Origin: Candidatus Paracaedimonas acanthamoebae
Lineage (GTDB): Bacteria; Pseudomonadota; Alphaproteobacteria; Caedimonadales; Caedimonadaceae
Reading direction: 5' to 3'
DNA length: 32,000 nt
Assembly: GCA_000743035.1 (NCBI GenBank)
Contig: CP008936.1
Coordinates: forward strand, 90,001 to 122,000
The position numbers were made by a program, and so were the translations under genes. The notes beneath the pieces are model-generated. The model ran no database searches, was not told the origin of the DNA, and saw only the letters and a program-made list of their open reading frames with translations. Below, in pieces: positions 18,043 to 26,445 of the stretch (position 1 is its first letter; every line of letters begins with the position of its first letter).

Positions 18043-20049
18043 CTACACATCAATTCCTTGAGCAAAAGCTGCATTTGCTTGGATAAAGTTAAAACGTTTT
18101 TCAGGACGACGTCCCATTAAAGCGTCAACAAAATCTTCTATCATAAGGGTGCCATTGTCATCAAAATTTGCCTCGATTTCAGTTTGAGGGAGATGAACTT
18201 GCAACAAGGTTCTCGTTTGTGGGTCTAAAGTGGTCTCTTTAAGCTGTTGCCAGGCCATTTCTCCTAATCCTTTAAAGCGACTGATTTCAATTTTCCCACG
18301 GCCTGTAAATTCTTTTTTTAAGAGTTCATCACGGTGGGCATCGTCTCGGGCATAAAGACTTTTGGTGCCTTGTGTAATTCGATAGAGAGGAGGTAAAGCA
18401 AGATAAACATGACCTTTCTCAAGGATAGGGCGCATTTCTTGAAAGAAAAAAGTTAATAGAAGTGAGGCGATATGCGCACCATCCACATCAGCATCTGTTA
18501 AGATAATAACGCGCCCATATCGAAGTTGAGAGGGGTCACAATTTTTGCCTGTGCCACATCCTAAGGCTTTACCTAAATCTTGAATTTCCTGATTTGCTTT
18601 AAGTTTATCACTTGAAGCACTTGCAACGTTAAGAATCTTTCCACGTAAGGGTAAAACAGCTTGGTTTTTCCGATTTCGTCCTTGTTTAGCAGGGCCGCCC
18701 GCGGAATCTCCCTCGACTAAAAAAATTTCTGTTTCATGAGGTTTTTCCGAAATACAGTCAGCAAGTTTCCCAGGAAGACGCAGACGTCGAGTAGGTGTTT
18801 GACGTAAGGTCTCTCTAGCTTCTTTACGTCTTAAACGCTCATCAACACGCTCAATAATATGATTTAGAAGAGTTTCTGCAACATCCCTCTGGCCTGATAA
18901 CCAATGATCCAAATGATCTTTAATAACTGTTTCAACGGCACGCGTTATTTCATTGTTAACAAGCTTTTCTTTTGTTTGTCCCTGAAACTGGGGATTTCGA
19001 ACAAAAGCAGATAGAATCACCGCTGCACTAGAGGTACAATCTTCAGGTGTGATTTGAGCAGCTTTGCGGTTGCCAAGACGTTCACCGAACCCTCGAATGG
19101 CTTTTGTTAAAGCTTGGCGCAAGCCTGTTTCATGAGTCCCTCCTAAGGGAGTGGGAACGGTATTACAATATGAATGTGAAAAGCCTTCCCCTTCAAGAGG
19201 CCAGGTTACAACCCATTCAACACGCCCTAAATTATCTGGAAGCTCTGCTTCTCCACTAAAAGGATCAGAGCAAACGAGAGGGATATCTTTAAGAGTTTCA
19301 AGTAAGTAATCTTTAAGTCCCCCAGGGAAATGAAAGATATCTTTAGTTGGGAGGCCATCTTCAGGCTTAAGCAATGAGGCATCACATAACCAATGGATCT
19401 CAATCCCTTTAAAAAGGTATGCTTTTGACCGAATCATTCGATAGACAAGTGAAGGCTTGAAATGAGCGTGGGCCCCAAAAATTTCCGGATCCGGGTGAAA
19501 TCGAATCATTGTTCCTCGACGATTACTAATGGGACCTTTATTGGTTAAAGGAGATGTAACGTGGCCGCGGCTATAATGTTGGGACCATAGTTGTTTTTGG
19601 GAAACGATTTCAACAGTTAAATGATCGGACAGCGCATTTACAACAGAAAGACCAACACCATGGAGTCCTCCAGAAGTTTCATAAGCATCCCCCCCAAATT
19701 TTCCACCTGAATGTAGGGTGGTAAGGATGACTTCTAATGCAGATTGATTAGGGAATTTAGGATGAGGGTCAATGGGAATGCCTCGGCCATTATCACGAAT
19801 AGTCACAAAACCCTCAGCAGCCAACTCAACTTCGATTTTAGAGGCATGGCCTGCAACAGCTTCATCCATTGCATTATCAACAACCTCTGCGATCAGATGA
19901 TGTAATGCGCGTTCATCAGTACCACCAATATACATCCCTGGGCGACGACGGACAGGCTCTAGGCCCTCCAAAACTTCTATATCTTTGGCACTGTAGTCTG
20001 TTTTCGTTGTTTTGCGTGGTGCTTGAAAAAGATCAACCATGGCTTTCAT
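18043..20049 (-). CDS. parE: DNA topoisomerase IV subunit B
   Basis: GHKL ATPase motifs (EVVDNAMDEA, DNGRGIP, GGLHGVG) and Toprim motifs (EIFLVEGDSAGG, ILTDADVDGAHI). The 668-aa length fits ParE rather than the roughly 800-aa GyrB. The ParE versus GyrB call rests on length only. Confidence 0.8.
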   Translation of the reverse strand: MKAMVDLFQAPRKTTKTDYSAKDIEVLEGLEPVRRRPGMYIGGTDERALHHLIAEVVDNAMDEAVAGHASKIEVELAAEGFVTIRDNGRGIPIDPHPKFPNQSALEVILTTLHSGGKFGGDAYETSGGLHGVGLSVVNALSDHLTVEIVSQKQLWSQHYSRGHVTSPLTNKGPISNRRGTMIRFHPDPEIFGAHAHFKPSLVYRMIRSKAYLFKGIEIHWLCDASLLKPEDGLPTKDIFHFPGGLKDYLLETLKDIPLVCSDPFSGEAELPDNLGRVEWVVTWPLEGEGFSHSYCNTVPTPLGGTHETGLRQALTKAIRGFGERLGNRKAAQITPEDCTSSAAVILSAFVRNPQFQGQTKEKLVNNEITRAVETVIKDHLDHWLSGQRDVAETLLNHIIERVDERLRRKEARETLRQTPTRRLRLPGKLADCISEKPHETEIFLVEGDSAGGPAKQGRNRKNQAVLPLRGKILNVASASSDKLKANQEIQDLGKALGCGTGKNCDPSQLRYGRVIILTDADVDGAHIASLLLTFFFQEMRPILEKGHVYLALPPLYRITQGTKSLYARDDAHRDELLKKEFTGRGKIEISRFKGLGEMAWQQLKETTLDPQTRTLLQVHLPQTEIEANFDDNGTLMIEDFVDALMGRRPEKRFNFIQANAAFAQGIDV

Positions 20050-20098
20050 ACTTCATAAAATTTGTTTATAGTCATTATCATTTCGGAGTTAAATAATA

Positions 20099-20302
20099 AT
20101 GTATTCCTTTCTCTCTTATTTAACCATTGCCACGCTGATTGCAACTTTTATTGTGTTAGTCGCGGGGCTTGCCACCCTCTTCTTGCAAGGTAAAGATGCG
20201 CATTCAAGAAGTAACAAGTTTATGCGCTGGAGAATCCTCTTGCAATTTGCGGCCCTGTGCTTATTTGCTTTACTTCTTGTGCTTCAGAAAAAGGGCGGAT
20301 AA
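20099..20302 (+). CDS. Twin-transmembrane-helix small protein (HIG1-like)
   Basis: 67 aa with two hydrophobic helices separated by a basic loop, with an RWRILLQ motif at the start of helix 2. Its stop overlaps the next start (TAATG). Confidence 0.65.
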   Translation: MYSFLSYLTIATLIATFIVLVAGLATLFLQGKDAHSRSNKFMRWRILLQFAALCLFALLLVLQKKGG

Positions 20303-20862
20303 TGGTTAAATTAACTAAAATATATACAAAAACAGGTGATTTGGGAAGTACAGGCTTAGGGGATGGATCTCGTCGAAAGAAGTACGATATCCGAATTGAT
20401 GCTATTGGTGCTGTCGATGAGGCCAATGCAGCAATAGGGATGGCTCGGCTTCATACCCAGAACAATGATGATGGCATGTTGGCTCATATTCAAAATGACC
20501 TATTTGATCTAGGAGCTGATTTGTGTTTACCACATGATCGACGGTCAAAGCCTACCTTAAGAATTACACATAAACAAGTCGAACGCCTTGAAGGTGAAAT
20601 TGACCACATGAATGAAAATTTGAAGCCTTTAAATTCATTTGTATTGCCAGGTGGTAGCCATGCAAGCGCGACTTTACATCTGGCGCGCACCATTGTTCGA
20701 CGTGCTGAGAGGGCAGTTTATGCCTTAAATGAGAGAGAATCTCTTAATCCAGAAATTGGGATGTATCTTAATCGTCTTTCCGACCATTTATTTGTTTTGG
20801 CGCGTGTTCTGAATGATCAAGGGCGGGCAGATGTTCTGTGGCAACCTGGTGAAAATCAGTAA
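20302..20862 (+). CDS. PduO-type ATP:cob(I)alamin adenosyltransferase
   Basis: MVKLTKIYTKTGDLGSTGL...IDAIGAVDEANAAIG and the later RLSDHLFVLAR are family signatures. The true start is ATG 20302; the track start at 20257 lies inside the upstream gene. Confidence 0.85.
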   Translation: MVKLTKIYTKTGDLGSTGLGDGSRRKKYDIRIDAIGAVDEANAAIGMARLHTQNNDDGMLAHIQNDLFDLGADLCLPHDRRSKPTLRITHKQVERLEGEIDHMNENLKPLNSFVLPGGSHASATLHLARTIVRRAERAVYALNERESLNPEIGMYLNRLSDHLFVLARVLNDQGRADVLWQPGENQ

Positions 20863-20896
20863 TTTTTTAATTAAACAAGACGACGAGAACCTGCAC

Positions 20897-21442
20897 TCAA
20901 GCTCTTGTTGAAAGCCAGATGGCAGCTCGTGTGATGGCTTTAATGCTTTTGCGTAAGAGAGCAAAGCCGGGTGCATCAGCAGCACCAGCTTCTAAGCTTT
21001 GATCTTTATGAACAATTTCTTCATCTCGGAAACGTTTAATTGTTGTTACAAGCTCAGGCTCTAAGTTTTCCATCTCAAGCTCATGCATTTGATTTGCATA
21101 ATGCTGGTCGATGACTTCTTCAACTGCAACGGTGCATGCCATAGCCGCTTTTACGCCTAATTTTGCTGTTATTGCTCCTAAAGCATAACCTCCAATATGC
21201 CATAAAGGTGTAAAAAAAGTTTGTTTTATATTCCATTCAACCAGCAATCGGTTGAACGTAGCAAGATGTTCTTGCTCTTGTGCTTTCATGTTTTGAATAA
21301 CCAAAGAAGAAGGGTGATCTTTTAAAACATCAAGTTGACCTTCATAAATACGGATGGCCCCATATTCACCAGCTTGATCAACACGAATCATCTGTTTAAT
21401 ACGTTCTTGGGGTGACAGCATGCCAGGAAGTAGACGTTTCAT
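20897..21442 (-). CDS. coq7: Demethoxyubiquinone hydroxylase Coq7 (di-iron carboxylate)
   Basis: RVDQAGEYGAIRIYEGQL, EQEHL and a second EExxH-type region (EEVIDQHY). The start is placed at ATG 21442, which overlaps the dsbB stop (ATGA). Confidence 0.85.
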   Translation of the reverse strand: MKRLLPGMLSPQERIKQMIRVDQAGEYGAIRIYEGQLDVLKDHPSSLVIQNMKAQEQEHLATFNRLLVEWNIKQTFFTPLWHIGGYALGAITAKLGVKAAMACTVAVEEVIDQHYANQMHELEMENLEPELVTTIKRFRDEEIVHKDQSLEAGAADAPGFALLRKSIKAITRAAIWLSTRA

Positions 21443-21945
21443 AAGGGCTTCCTTACTCTTCTTTGGTTTCTCAAACAATAAAAGGTGAATATCCCCCAAA
21501 ATAAGCAATAAAGGGCATTATATCCAGCCATAGAGATACCAAAGAGAGACCATTGGACCTTATCGCAAAGAACAGTTTCAGTGTTTAAGAGTTGCTCTCG
21601 CATTTCCTCAATAGAATTTCCGGAGAGTTTCTTGTTTTGGCATTGAGTAGGAGGATCTACCCAATGATGTTCAACAGCAACTTGATAGAAAGCGATACCA
21701 GCATTAACCACATATAAAATAGCTAAAAGGAGACTTATCTTTTTGGTGTATCCTTTTAAGAGAGGTAAAAATATTGCAGCACATCCAATTAAGCAGATAG
21801 CCATAAAAACATATTGTTGAAAAAGACATAATGAGCAAGGGCGTAACTTAAAAAAATGCTCAGCAACAAAGCCACTCAATAATGCAAGAAAGGCAGCAAG
21901 GGTTAAAAGAAGAGGCTTCGAAGAAAGAAAGTTTATTTTTTGCAT
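21439..21945 (-). CDS. dsbB: Disulfide bond formation protein B
   Basis: Four predicted TM helices. The first loop carries CxxC in RPCSLCLFQQY. A second Cys pair (TQCQ...LCDKVQW) lies in the long second loop. Confidence 0.75.
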   Translation of the reverse strand: MQKINFLSSKPLLLTLAAFLALLSGFVAEHFFKLRPCSLCLFQQYVFMAICLIGCAAIFLPLLKGYTKKISLLLAILYVVNAGIAFYQVAVEHHWVDPPTQCQNKKLSGNSIEEMREQLLNTETVLCDKVQWSLFGISMAGYNALYCLFWGIFTFYCLRNQRRVRKPL

Positions 21946-21979
21946 GAAATACTGGTTACTTATAAATATGTTATTCTAT

Positions 21980-22561
21980 TTACCATAAATATTTAACTAC
22001 TAAAAATCCAAGAATTAAAACGCTTATACCACCTATTGTTACCAACATAAGATTTTTTTCAATATAATCTTTGATGCTAGGACCAAAATGCCACAATAAA
22101 AGAGCCAATGAAAAAAAGCGGAACCCACGCGCAACGATAGACGCAATAATAAATGTGATCAGCTTAAGTTCAATGGCGCCACTTGCAATAGTCACAAATT
22201 TATAAGGAATAGGCGTTAAGCCTTTAAGGGCGACAATCCAAAAGCCCCATTTCTGAAAGCTGTGCTTCAACTGAATAAATCCTTCTTGAAAATCAAAAAA
22301 TTTAATAATCCAAAGGCCGACCGTTTCAAACAAAGCATACCCGATATAATAGCCTAGGACGCCACCAATAACAGAACTTAAAGTGCAAATTGTGGCCAAA
22401 GACCAAGCTTTTTCGCGTTGGCCTAGAATCATGGCCATATAAAGGGGGTCAGGAGGGAGGGGGAAAAAAGAACTCTCTGCAAAAGAAACAATCGTTAATA
22501 CCCATAAAGCATGGCGATGGCCAGCAAAACTCATGATCCAGTAATAGAGCTTATGAAGCAT
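21980..22561 (-). CDS. yqaA: YqaA/DedA-type (VTT domain) inner-membrane protein
   Basis: SFAESSFFPLPPDPL followed by GxxxG-rich helices. The start is placed at ATG 22561 (MLHKLYYW); the longer track ORF to 22624 adds a non-hydrophobic extension. Confidence 0.7.
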   Translation of the reverse strand: MLHKLYYWIMSFAGHRHALWVLTIVSFAESSFFPLPPDPLYMAMILGQREKAWSLATICTLSSVIGGVLGYYIGYALFETVGLWIIKFFDFQEGFIQLKHSFQKWGFWIVALKGLTPIPYKFVTIASGAIELKLITFIIASIVARGFRFFSLALLLWHFGPSIKDYIEKNLMLVTIGGISVLILGFLVVKYLW

Positions 22562-22829
22562 TAGCAACCTGCAGATGTAGTTTAAATCCTGCTTAGCATC
22601 GTTAAGTAAGGGGCGCAATAACATTTAAAAAAGGGAATGCAAAAAGTCTATGGATGTTTAAATTGTTTTTAAATATCTAAATAAGTATGAGAATTACTTA
22701 CTTTTTGGAAAAAATATTTTATAGAATTCCTTATGTTTTAAACAAAGTAACGTAAAATGACTTTCAGTTTTCACTTTAAAATTCTTGCTTTTTTGGCTTC
22801 AATTTTTCCTGTTTTAACTTGCTCAGTTA

Positions 22830-23066
22830 ATGGTTCAGATACCCAAGAAGGACTTCCTTTACAGAAATTTACAAGAGTCTTTGAAGAAAAAAAATTACTA
22901 TAAGACATTTAGTGCAACCCATGACATAGTCGCTGGATTAAATTTTTTCGGCTGGAAAAAAATTTTTGATGAGAGTGACCTAGAAGCTACAAGAAAGTAT
23001 GGATATCTTCATATTTTAAGAAAAGATGAAGTAGAACCTCAGTTTAATAAGATAGAAACAAGCTGA
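22830..23066 (+). CDS. Hypothetical small protein (78 aa), or a fragment of the decayed gene
   Basis: ORF in AT-rich DNA with no recognisable motif and no obvious SD. The part upstream of the A8 tract overlaps the signal-peptide ORF in another frame. Confidence 0.3.
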   Translation: MVQIPKKDFLYRNLQESLKKKNYYKTFSATHDIVAGLNFFGWKKIFDESDLEATRKYGYLHILRKDEVEPQFNKIETS

Positions 23067-23102
23067 ACTTGTTTAAACGCAGAAGAAGCATATCTTCAGA
23101 AA

Positions 23103-23399
23103 ATGAGACTTACGAAGCTTGATGTAAATGGGATAACTAAAGTCAATCAGGCTTTTACCCAAGCAGCGAATGCCTTCAAATTACTTGTTGAATTTCATGA
23201 AAAGACGCCAGGATATCTTTCACAAACATACCAAGTGCTAGTTCAACGTTATAGCGATTTTGCAAAATATGAGGAGACACGGGATATTAAAAAATTAAAA
23301 GAGGCTTTTCAAAAAATCTCTTCTCTTATGATTGACTCCTCTTTATATCAAGTTACTGATTCTTTGATGGAAATAGCTAAGCATATATTTAATGCTTAG
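23103..23399 (+). CDS. Hypothetical helical protein (98 aa), or a fragment of the decayed gene
   Basis: ORF in the same frame as 22830..23066, separated from it by a single TGA. I recognise no family. Confidence 0.4.
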   Translation: MRLTKLDVNGITKVNQAFTQAANAFKLLVEFHEKTPGYLSQTYQVLVQRYSDFAKYEETRDIKKLKEAFQKISSLMIDSSLYQVTDSLMEIAKHIFNA

Positions 23400-23708
23400 C
23401 AATTGGTCAGTAAACTTGATGGTACAAAATTAAAAAAAAGCAAGACTCAAGCCCGGTACGTGTGTTTCCTAGCCCAAAAGAAAGCCCAAAATCTGGAAAG
23501 CAAGGAAAGACAAAGACAAGATCAAAAACAGTGGATTTACCTTCTGGCGCTGCGCCAGCGATAGATCCTCTAAGAGCACTCTCGAAAGAGATAGCGGTTA
23601 AAAAAGCGCAACATGTAGCTCTTGAGCGCGTTCAGTAAGAGTGGAAGTAACGAAAAATCAGATAACTAAAAAGTTATTCAAGAAATATCTTATTTGAAAA
23701 TTAAAAAG

Positions 23709-23736
23709 TTGACCTGAAGCGTGAGTCCGCTATGAT
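23709..23736 (+). promoter_or_regulatory. Sigma70-type promoter for tRNA-Leu
   Basis: TTGACC (23709-23714), 16-nt spacer, TATGAT (23731-23736). The mature tRNA 5' end lies 10 nt downstream of the -10 element. Confidence 0.55.
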
Positions 23737-23745
23737 GCGGGCCAT

Positions 23746-23832
23746 GCCCCTGTGGTGGAATTGGTAGACGCGGCAGACTCAAAATCTGCTTTCCGCAAGG
23801 AAGTGGGAGTTCGAGTCTCCCCGGGGGCACCA
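23746..23832 (+). tRNA. tRNA-Leu, anticodon CAA (class II, long variable arm)
   Basis: Acceptor GCCCCTG/CGGGGGC and anticodon stem GCAGA/TCTGC with loop CTCAAAA. There is a long variable arm (TTCCGCAAGGAAG) and T arm GGGAG-TTCGAGT-CTCCC. Discriminator A and an encoded CCA follow. Confidence 0.9.
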
Positions 23833-23865
23833 TCTATTTAACTTACATTTTTTCCTTAGGGCCTC

Positions 23866-24465
23866 ATGATGGCGCGAAAATTTACAGAATCTCACCTTAT
23901 TATTGCAAGCCATAATCAAGGAAAAATTAATGAAATTTCTCATTTGTTATCACCTTTTAATGTTGAAGTAACTTCTTCTGCAGCCTTAAAGTTGATTGAA
24001 CCCGAAGAAACCGGGAGAACTTATCTAGAAAATGCTCTTTTAAAAGCTAAAGCGTGCGTGGATAAAACAGGGTTACCTGCCTTAAGTGATGATTCTGGGT
24101 TGGAAGTGGAAGCCTTAAATGGGCATCCCGGACTTCATACGGCCCCGTATGCGAAAGCGCATGGCGGTTATGATAAGGTATTTGAACTTTGGGCTGGGAA
24201 TGCTGAAATTCAAAAAAATTCTAGAGCTTCTTTTTACTGTGTCCAGGTTCTTTTGTGGCCAGATGGCCACCAAGAAATTTTTGAAGGACGAGTGAAAGGA
24301 AAAGTAACTTTTCCTCCTCAAGGGATACATGGGCATGGTTATGATCCCATCTTTATTCCTGAAGGGTATACTAAGACAGCTGCTGAAATGTCGTTAGCAG
24401 AAAAAAATAAGGTCAGTCATCGTTTTCTCGCTCTTCAGAAACTTATAGAGTCTTGCTTTAAATGA
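23866..24465 (+). CDS. rdgB: Non-canonical purine NTP pyrophosphatase (dITP/XTP pyrophosphatase), RdgB/HAM1 family
   Basis: IIASHNQGKINEI, SDDSGLEVEALNGHPG, GYDPIF and the C-terminal KNKVSHR are family signatures. Confidence 0.85.
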   Translation: MMARKFTESHLIIASHNQGKINEISHLLSPFNVEVTSSAALKLIEPEETGRTYLENALLKAKACVDKTGLPALSDDSGLEVEALNGHPGLHTAPYAKAHGGYDKVFELWAGNAEIQKNSRASFYCVQVLLWPDGHQEIFEGRVKGKVTFPPQGIHGHGYDPIFIPEGYTKTAAEMSLAEKNKVSHRFLALQKLIESCFK

Positions 24466-25634
24466 CTCAAGCTCTCGCGCTTTATATTCACTGGCCTTTC
24501 TGTCTTTCAAAATGTCCTTATTGTGACTTTAATAGCCATGTGCGTGAGAAAATCGACGAATCCTTGTGGCGAGAAACCCTTTTAAAAGAACTTAATTATT
24601 TTGGGCAACTGACGCAAGGTCGATCACTTAAGAGCGTATTTTTTGGGGGAGGTACTCCCTCTTTGATGGCTCCTCAAACAGTAGCAACTTTATTAGATCA
24701 GCTTTCTCACTATTGGCAGTTGCAAGAAGATCTCGAAATCACGCTTGAAGCCAATCCAACTTCAATTGAAGCTGATAAATTTCGAGATTTTAAATCCGCA
24801 GGCGTTAATCGGGTCTCGGTTGGTATTCAGGCGCTTAATGATCAAGATTTAAAATTTTTAGGGCGTACGCATGGTCGAGAAGATGCGTTAAAAGCATTAG
24901 CGATTGCAAAAAATATATTTGATAGATTTTCTTTCGACTTGATTTATGCTCGGCCACAGCAAACCGTCAAACAATGGCAAGAAGAACTGAAAGAGGCCTT
25001 AACCTTAGCGCAAGGGCATTTGTCCCTTTATCAGCTGACAATTGAACAAGGAACCGCTTTTTATACAGCACACCAACGAAAAGATTTTGCAATCCCAGAT
25101 GATCATTTGGCTGCAGATTTATATGAAGCAACCCAAGAAATGATGGAGAAAGTGGGATTACCAGCGTATGAGATTTCAAATCATGCACGCCTTGGCCAAG
25201 AATCACGCCATAACCTTGCTTATTGGCAAGGAGAAGATTATGTCGGGGTTGGACCTGGAGCTCATGGCCGTTTAACTCTCGATCACGACAGATTTGCTTT
25301 TAAGGAGATCCGAGCGCCTGAGATCTGGATGAAAGCTGTTTTGGAGCATGAACAAGGTATTGATGAAAAAGTGAAACTTTCCGCTGAAGAAGTTTTTACT
25401 GAACGGCTCATGATGGGGCTTAGGTTGCGTAAAGGTATTCCGCAGAAAGAGCTTAAAAATCTTGCAGGAGGGCGAGATTTAAATGAATTATTTCAAAATT
25501 CTGCTCTGGAAACTTTAGAGTCAGAAAATTTTATAAAATTGACTGAAAATGATCTCACTTTAACATCGACTGGTTTACAAAGACTAAATGCGATTTTAAC
25601 TTTTTTATTAAAAAATTTAGCGCCTATATTTTAA
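24462..25634 (+). CDS. hemW: Radical SAM heme chaperone HemW (HemN-like, oxygen-independent coproporphyrinogen oxidase family)
   Basis: LYIHWPFCLSKCPYCDFNS (CxxxCxxC) and FFGGGTPS. The start overlaps the rdgB stop (ATGA at 24462-24465). Confidence 0.85.
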   Translation: MTQALALYIHWPFCLSKCPYCDFNSHVREKIDESLWRETLLKELNYFGQLTQGRSLKSVFFGGGTPSLMAPQTVATLLDQLSHYWQLQEDLEITLEANPTSIEADKFRDFKSAGVNRVSVGIQALNDQDLKFLGRTHGREDALKALAIAKNIFDRFSFDLIYARPQQTVKQWQEELKEALTLAQGHLSLYQLTIEQGTAFYTAHQRKDFAIPDDHLAADLYEATQEMMEKVGLPAYEISNHARLGQESRHNLAYWQGEDYVGVGPGAHGRLTLDHDRFAFKEIRAPEIWMKAVLEHEQGIDEKVKLSAEEVFTERLMMGLRLRKGIPQKELKNLAGGRDLNELFQNSALETLESENFIKLTENDLTLTSTGLQRLNAILTFLLKNLAPIF

Positions 25635-26311
25635 ATCATGCGTTCATTTCTTAATGAGCGGCATTGACCTTTGCCTACAATAATATGATCGAAAACCTTA
25701 ATACCAAGTCGTTCTGAAGCCTCTCTAATACGGAAAGTCGCTTCAATATCAGCATTTGAAGGTGTTGGATCGCCACTTGGGTGATTGTGCACTAGAATCA
25801 GGCCTGAGGCTCCTAATTCAAGAGGTCTTTTAACAATCTCTCGAGTATAAATAGTCGCTTGATCAACAGTCCCATTTTGCTGAATTTCATCAGCAATCAG
25901 GTTATTTTGGCGATCAAGAAAAAGTAGTCGTAATTGCTCATACTTAAGATCACGCATTGCGATTTCACAGTAGCTTACAATCTGAGGCCAAGATTTTAAA
26001 ACTGGCCGCTGTAAGATTTCTGCTTTGAGGCATCGTTCCACAGAGACTTGGACAGCTTTAAGCGCTGCAACTACAGCATTTCCTACACCTTTTACTTTTA
26101 AAAGGTCTTGAGTATCAGCGCTTAAAATCTGAGGAAATGTTTTAAAGGTACTAAGAAGTTCTTTAGCGAGAGGTTTGACATCGCCACGAGGATGGGCAGC
26201 ATACAAAATAAGCTCTAAGAGCTCATAATCAGCGAGGGCATTACCTCCTCCTTTAAGGAATCTCTCTCGAAGACGGGCACGATGCCCTTCATAGTGCTCT
26301 TTCAGTGCCAA
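25631..26311 (-). CDS. radC: RadC-family JAB/MPN domain protein (UPF0758)
   Basis: N-terminal helix-hairpin-helix region (ELLELILY...) and the JAMM motif HNHPSGDPTPSNADI. Confidence 0.85.
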   Translation of the reverse strand: MALKEHYEGHRARLRERFLKGGGNALADYELLELILYAAHPRGDVKPLAKELLSTFKTFPQILSADTQDLLKVKGVGNAVVAALKAVQVSVERCLKAEILQRPVLKSWPQIVSYCEIAMRDLKYEQLRLLFLDRQNNLIADEIQQNGTVDQATIYTREIVKRPLELGASGLILVHNHPSGDPTPSNADIEATFRIREASERLGIKVFDHIIVGKGQCRSLRNERMI

Positions 26312-26445
26312 GAAATTCTCCCTTTTATTTTTTTCCTTGTTTTATCTTAACCAAAAAAGCGACAATCGAAAATATAAAGCTGAAAAACAGCATTTTAAAA
26401 ATTAAATATATAAAAGGGGGACTCTTGAATCAAAATACAGGGAAG

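Larger units (their letters stand above)
22757..23638 (+). pseudogene. Possible decayed gene for a secreted protein, broken by a homopolymer frameshift and two in-frame stops. This is an alternative reading of the two small ORFs listed next.
   Basis: A 48-codon signal-peptide ORF (22757..22903, MTFSFHFKILAFLASIFPVLTCS...) changes frame across an A8 tract (22887-22894) into the 22830..23066 frame. That frame (frame 0) then stays open to 23564 except for TGA 23064-66 and TAG 23397-99. Confidence 0.35.

Noticed and set aside
20050-20301. Cobalamin riboswitch upstream of the adenosyltransferase gene
   Set aside because: The upstream space is occupied by the HIG1-like ORF and a 49-nt AT-rich spacer. 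That leaves no room for a roughly 200-nt B12 element and no GC-rich conserved core.
23064-23066. TGA read as Trp (alternative genetic code) to join ORFs 22830..23066 and 23103..23399
   Set aside because: TGA clearly terminates well-defined genes here (fadA at 11261-63, rdgB at 24463-65, ctaB at 31421-23). Conserved Trp positions, for example in CoxA/CoxB, are encoded by TGG. The standard code applies.
23103-23399. R-body (Reb) protein identity for the 98-aa helical ORF
   Set aside because: There is only a superficial resemblance, in size and a VN..IT..V.Q..TQ stretch. I cannot align the conserved Reb core from memory, and there is no cluster of paralogous reb-like genes.
26305-26445. Long N-terminal extensions offered by the ORF track (26305 for the EAL gene, 11212 for fadN, 15917 for the SDR, 20257 for the adenosyltransferase, 21508 for coq7, 22624 for yqaA, 3873 for rpmE)
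   Set aside because: Each extension overlaps the neighbouring gene or adds sequence unlike the family N-terminus. An internal ATG with an SD or a 4-nt stop/start overlap matches the conserved N-terminus in every case.
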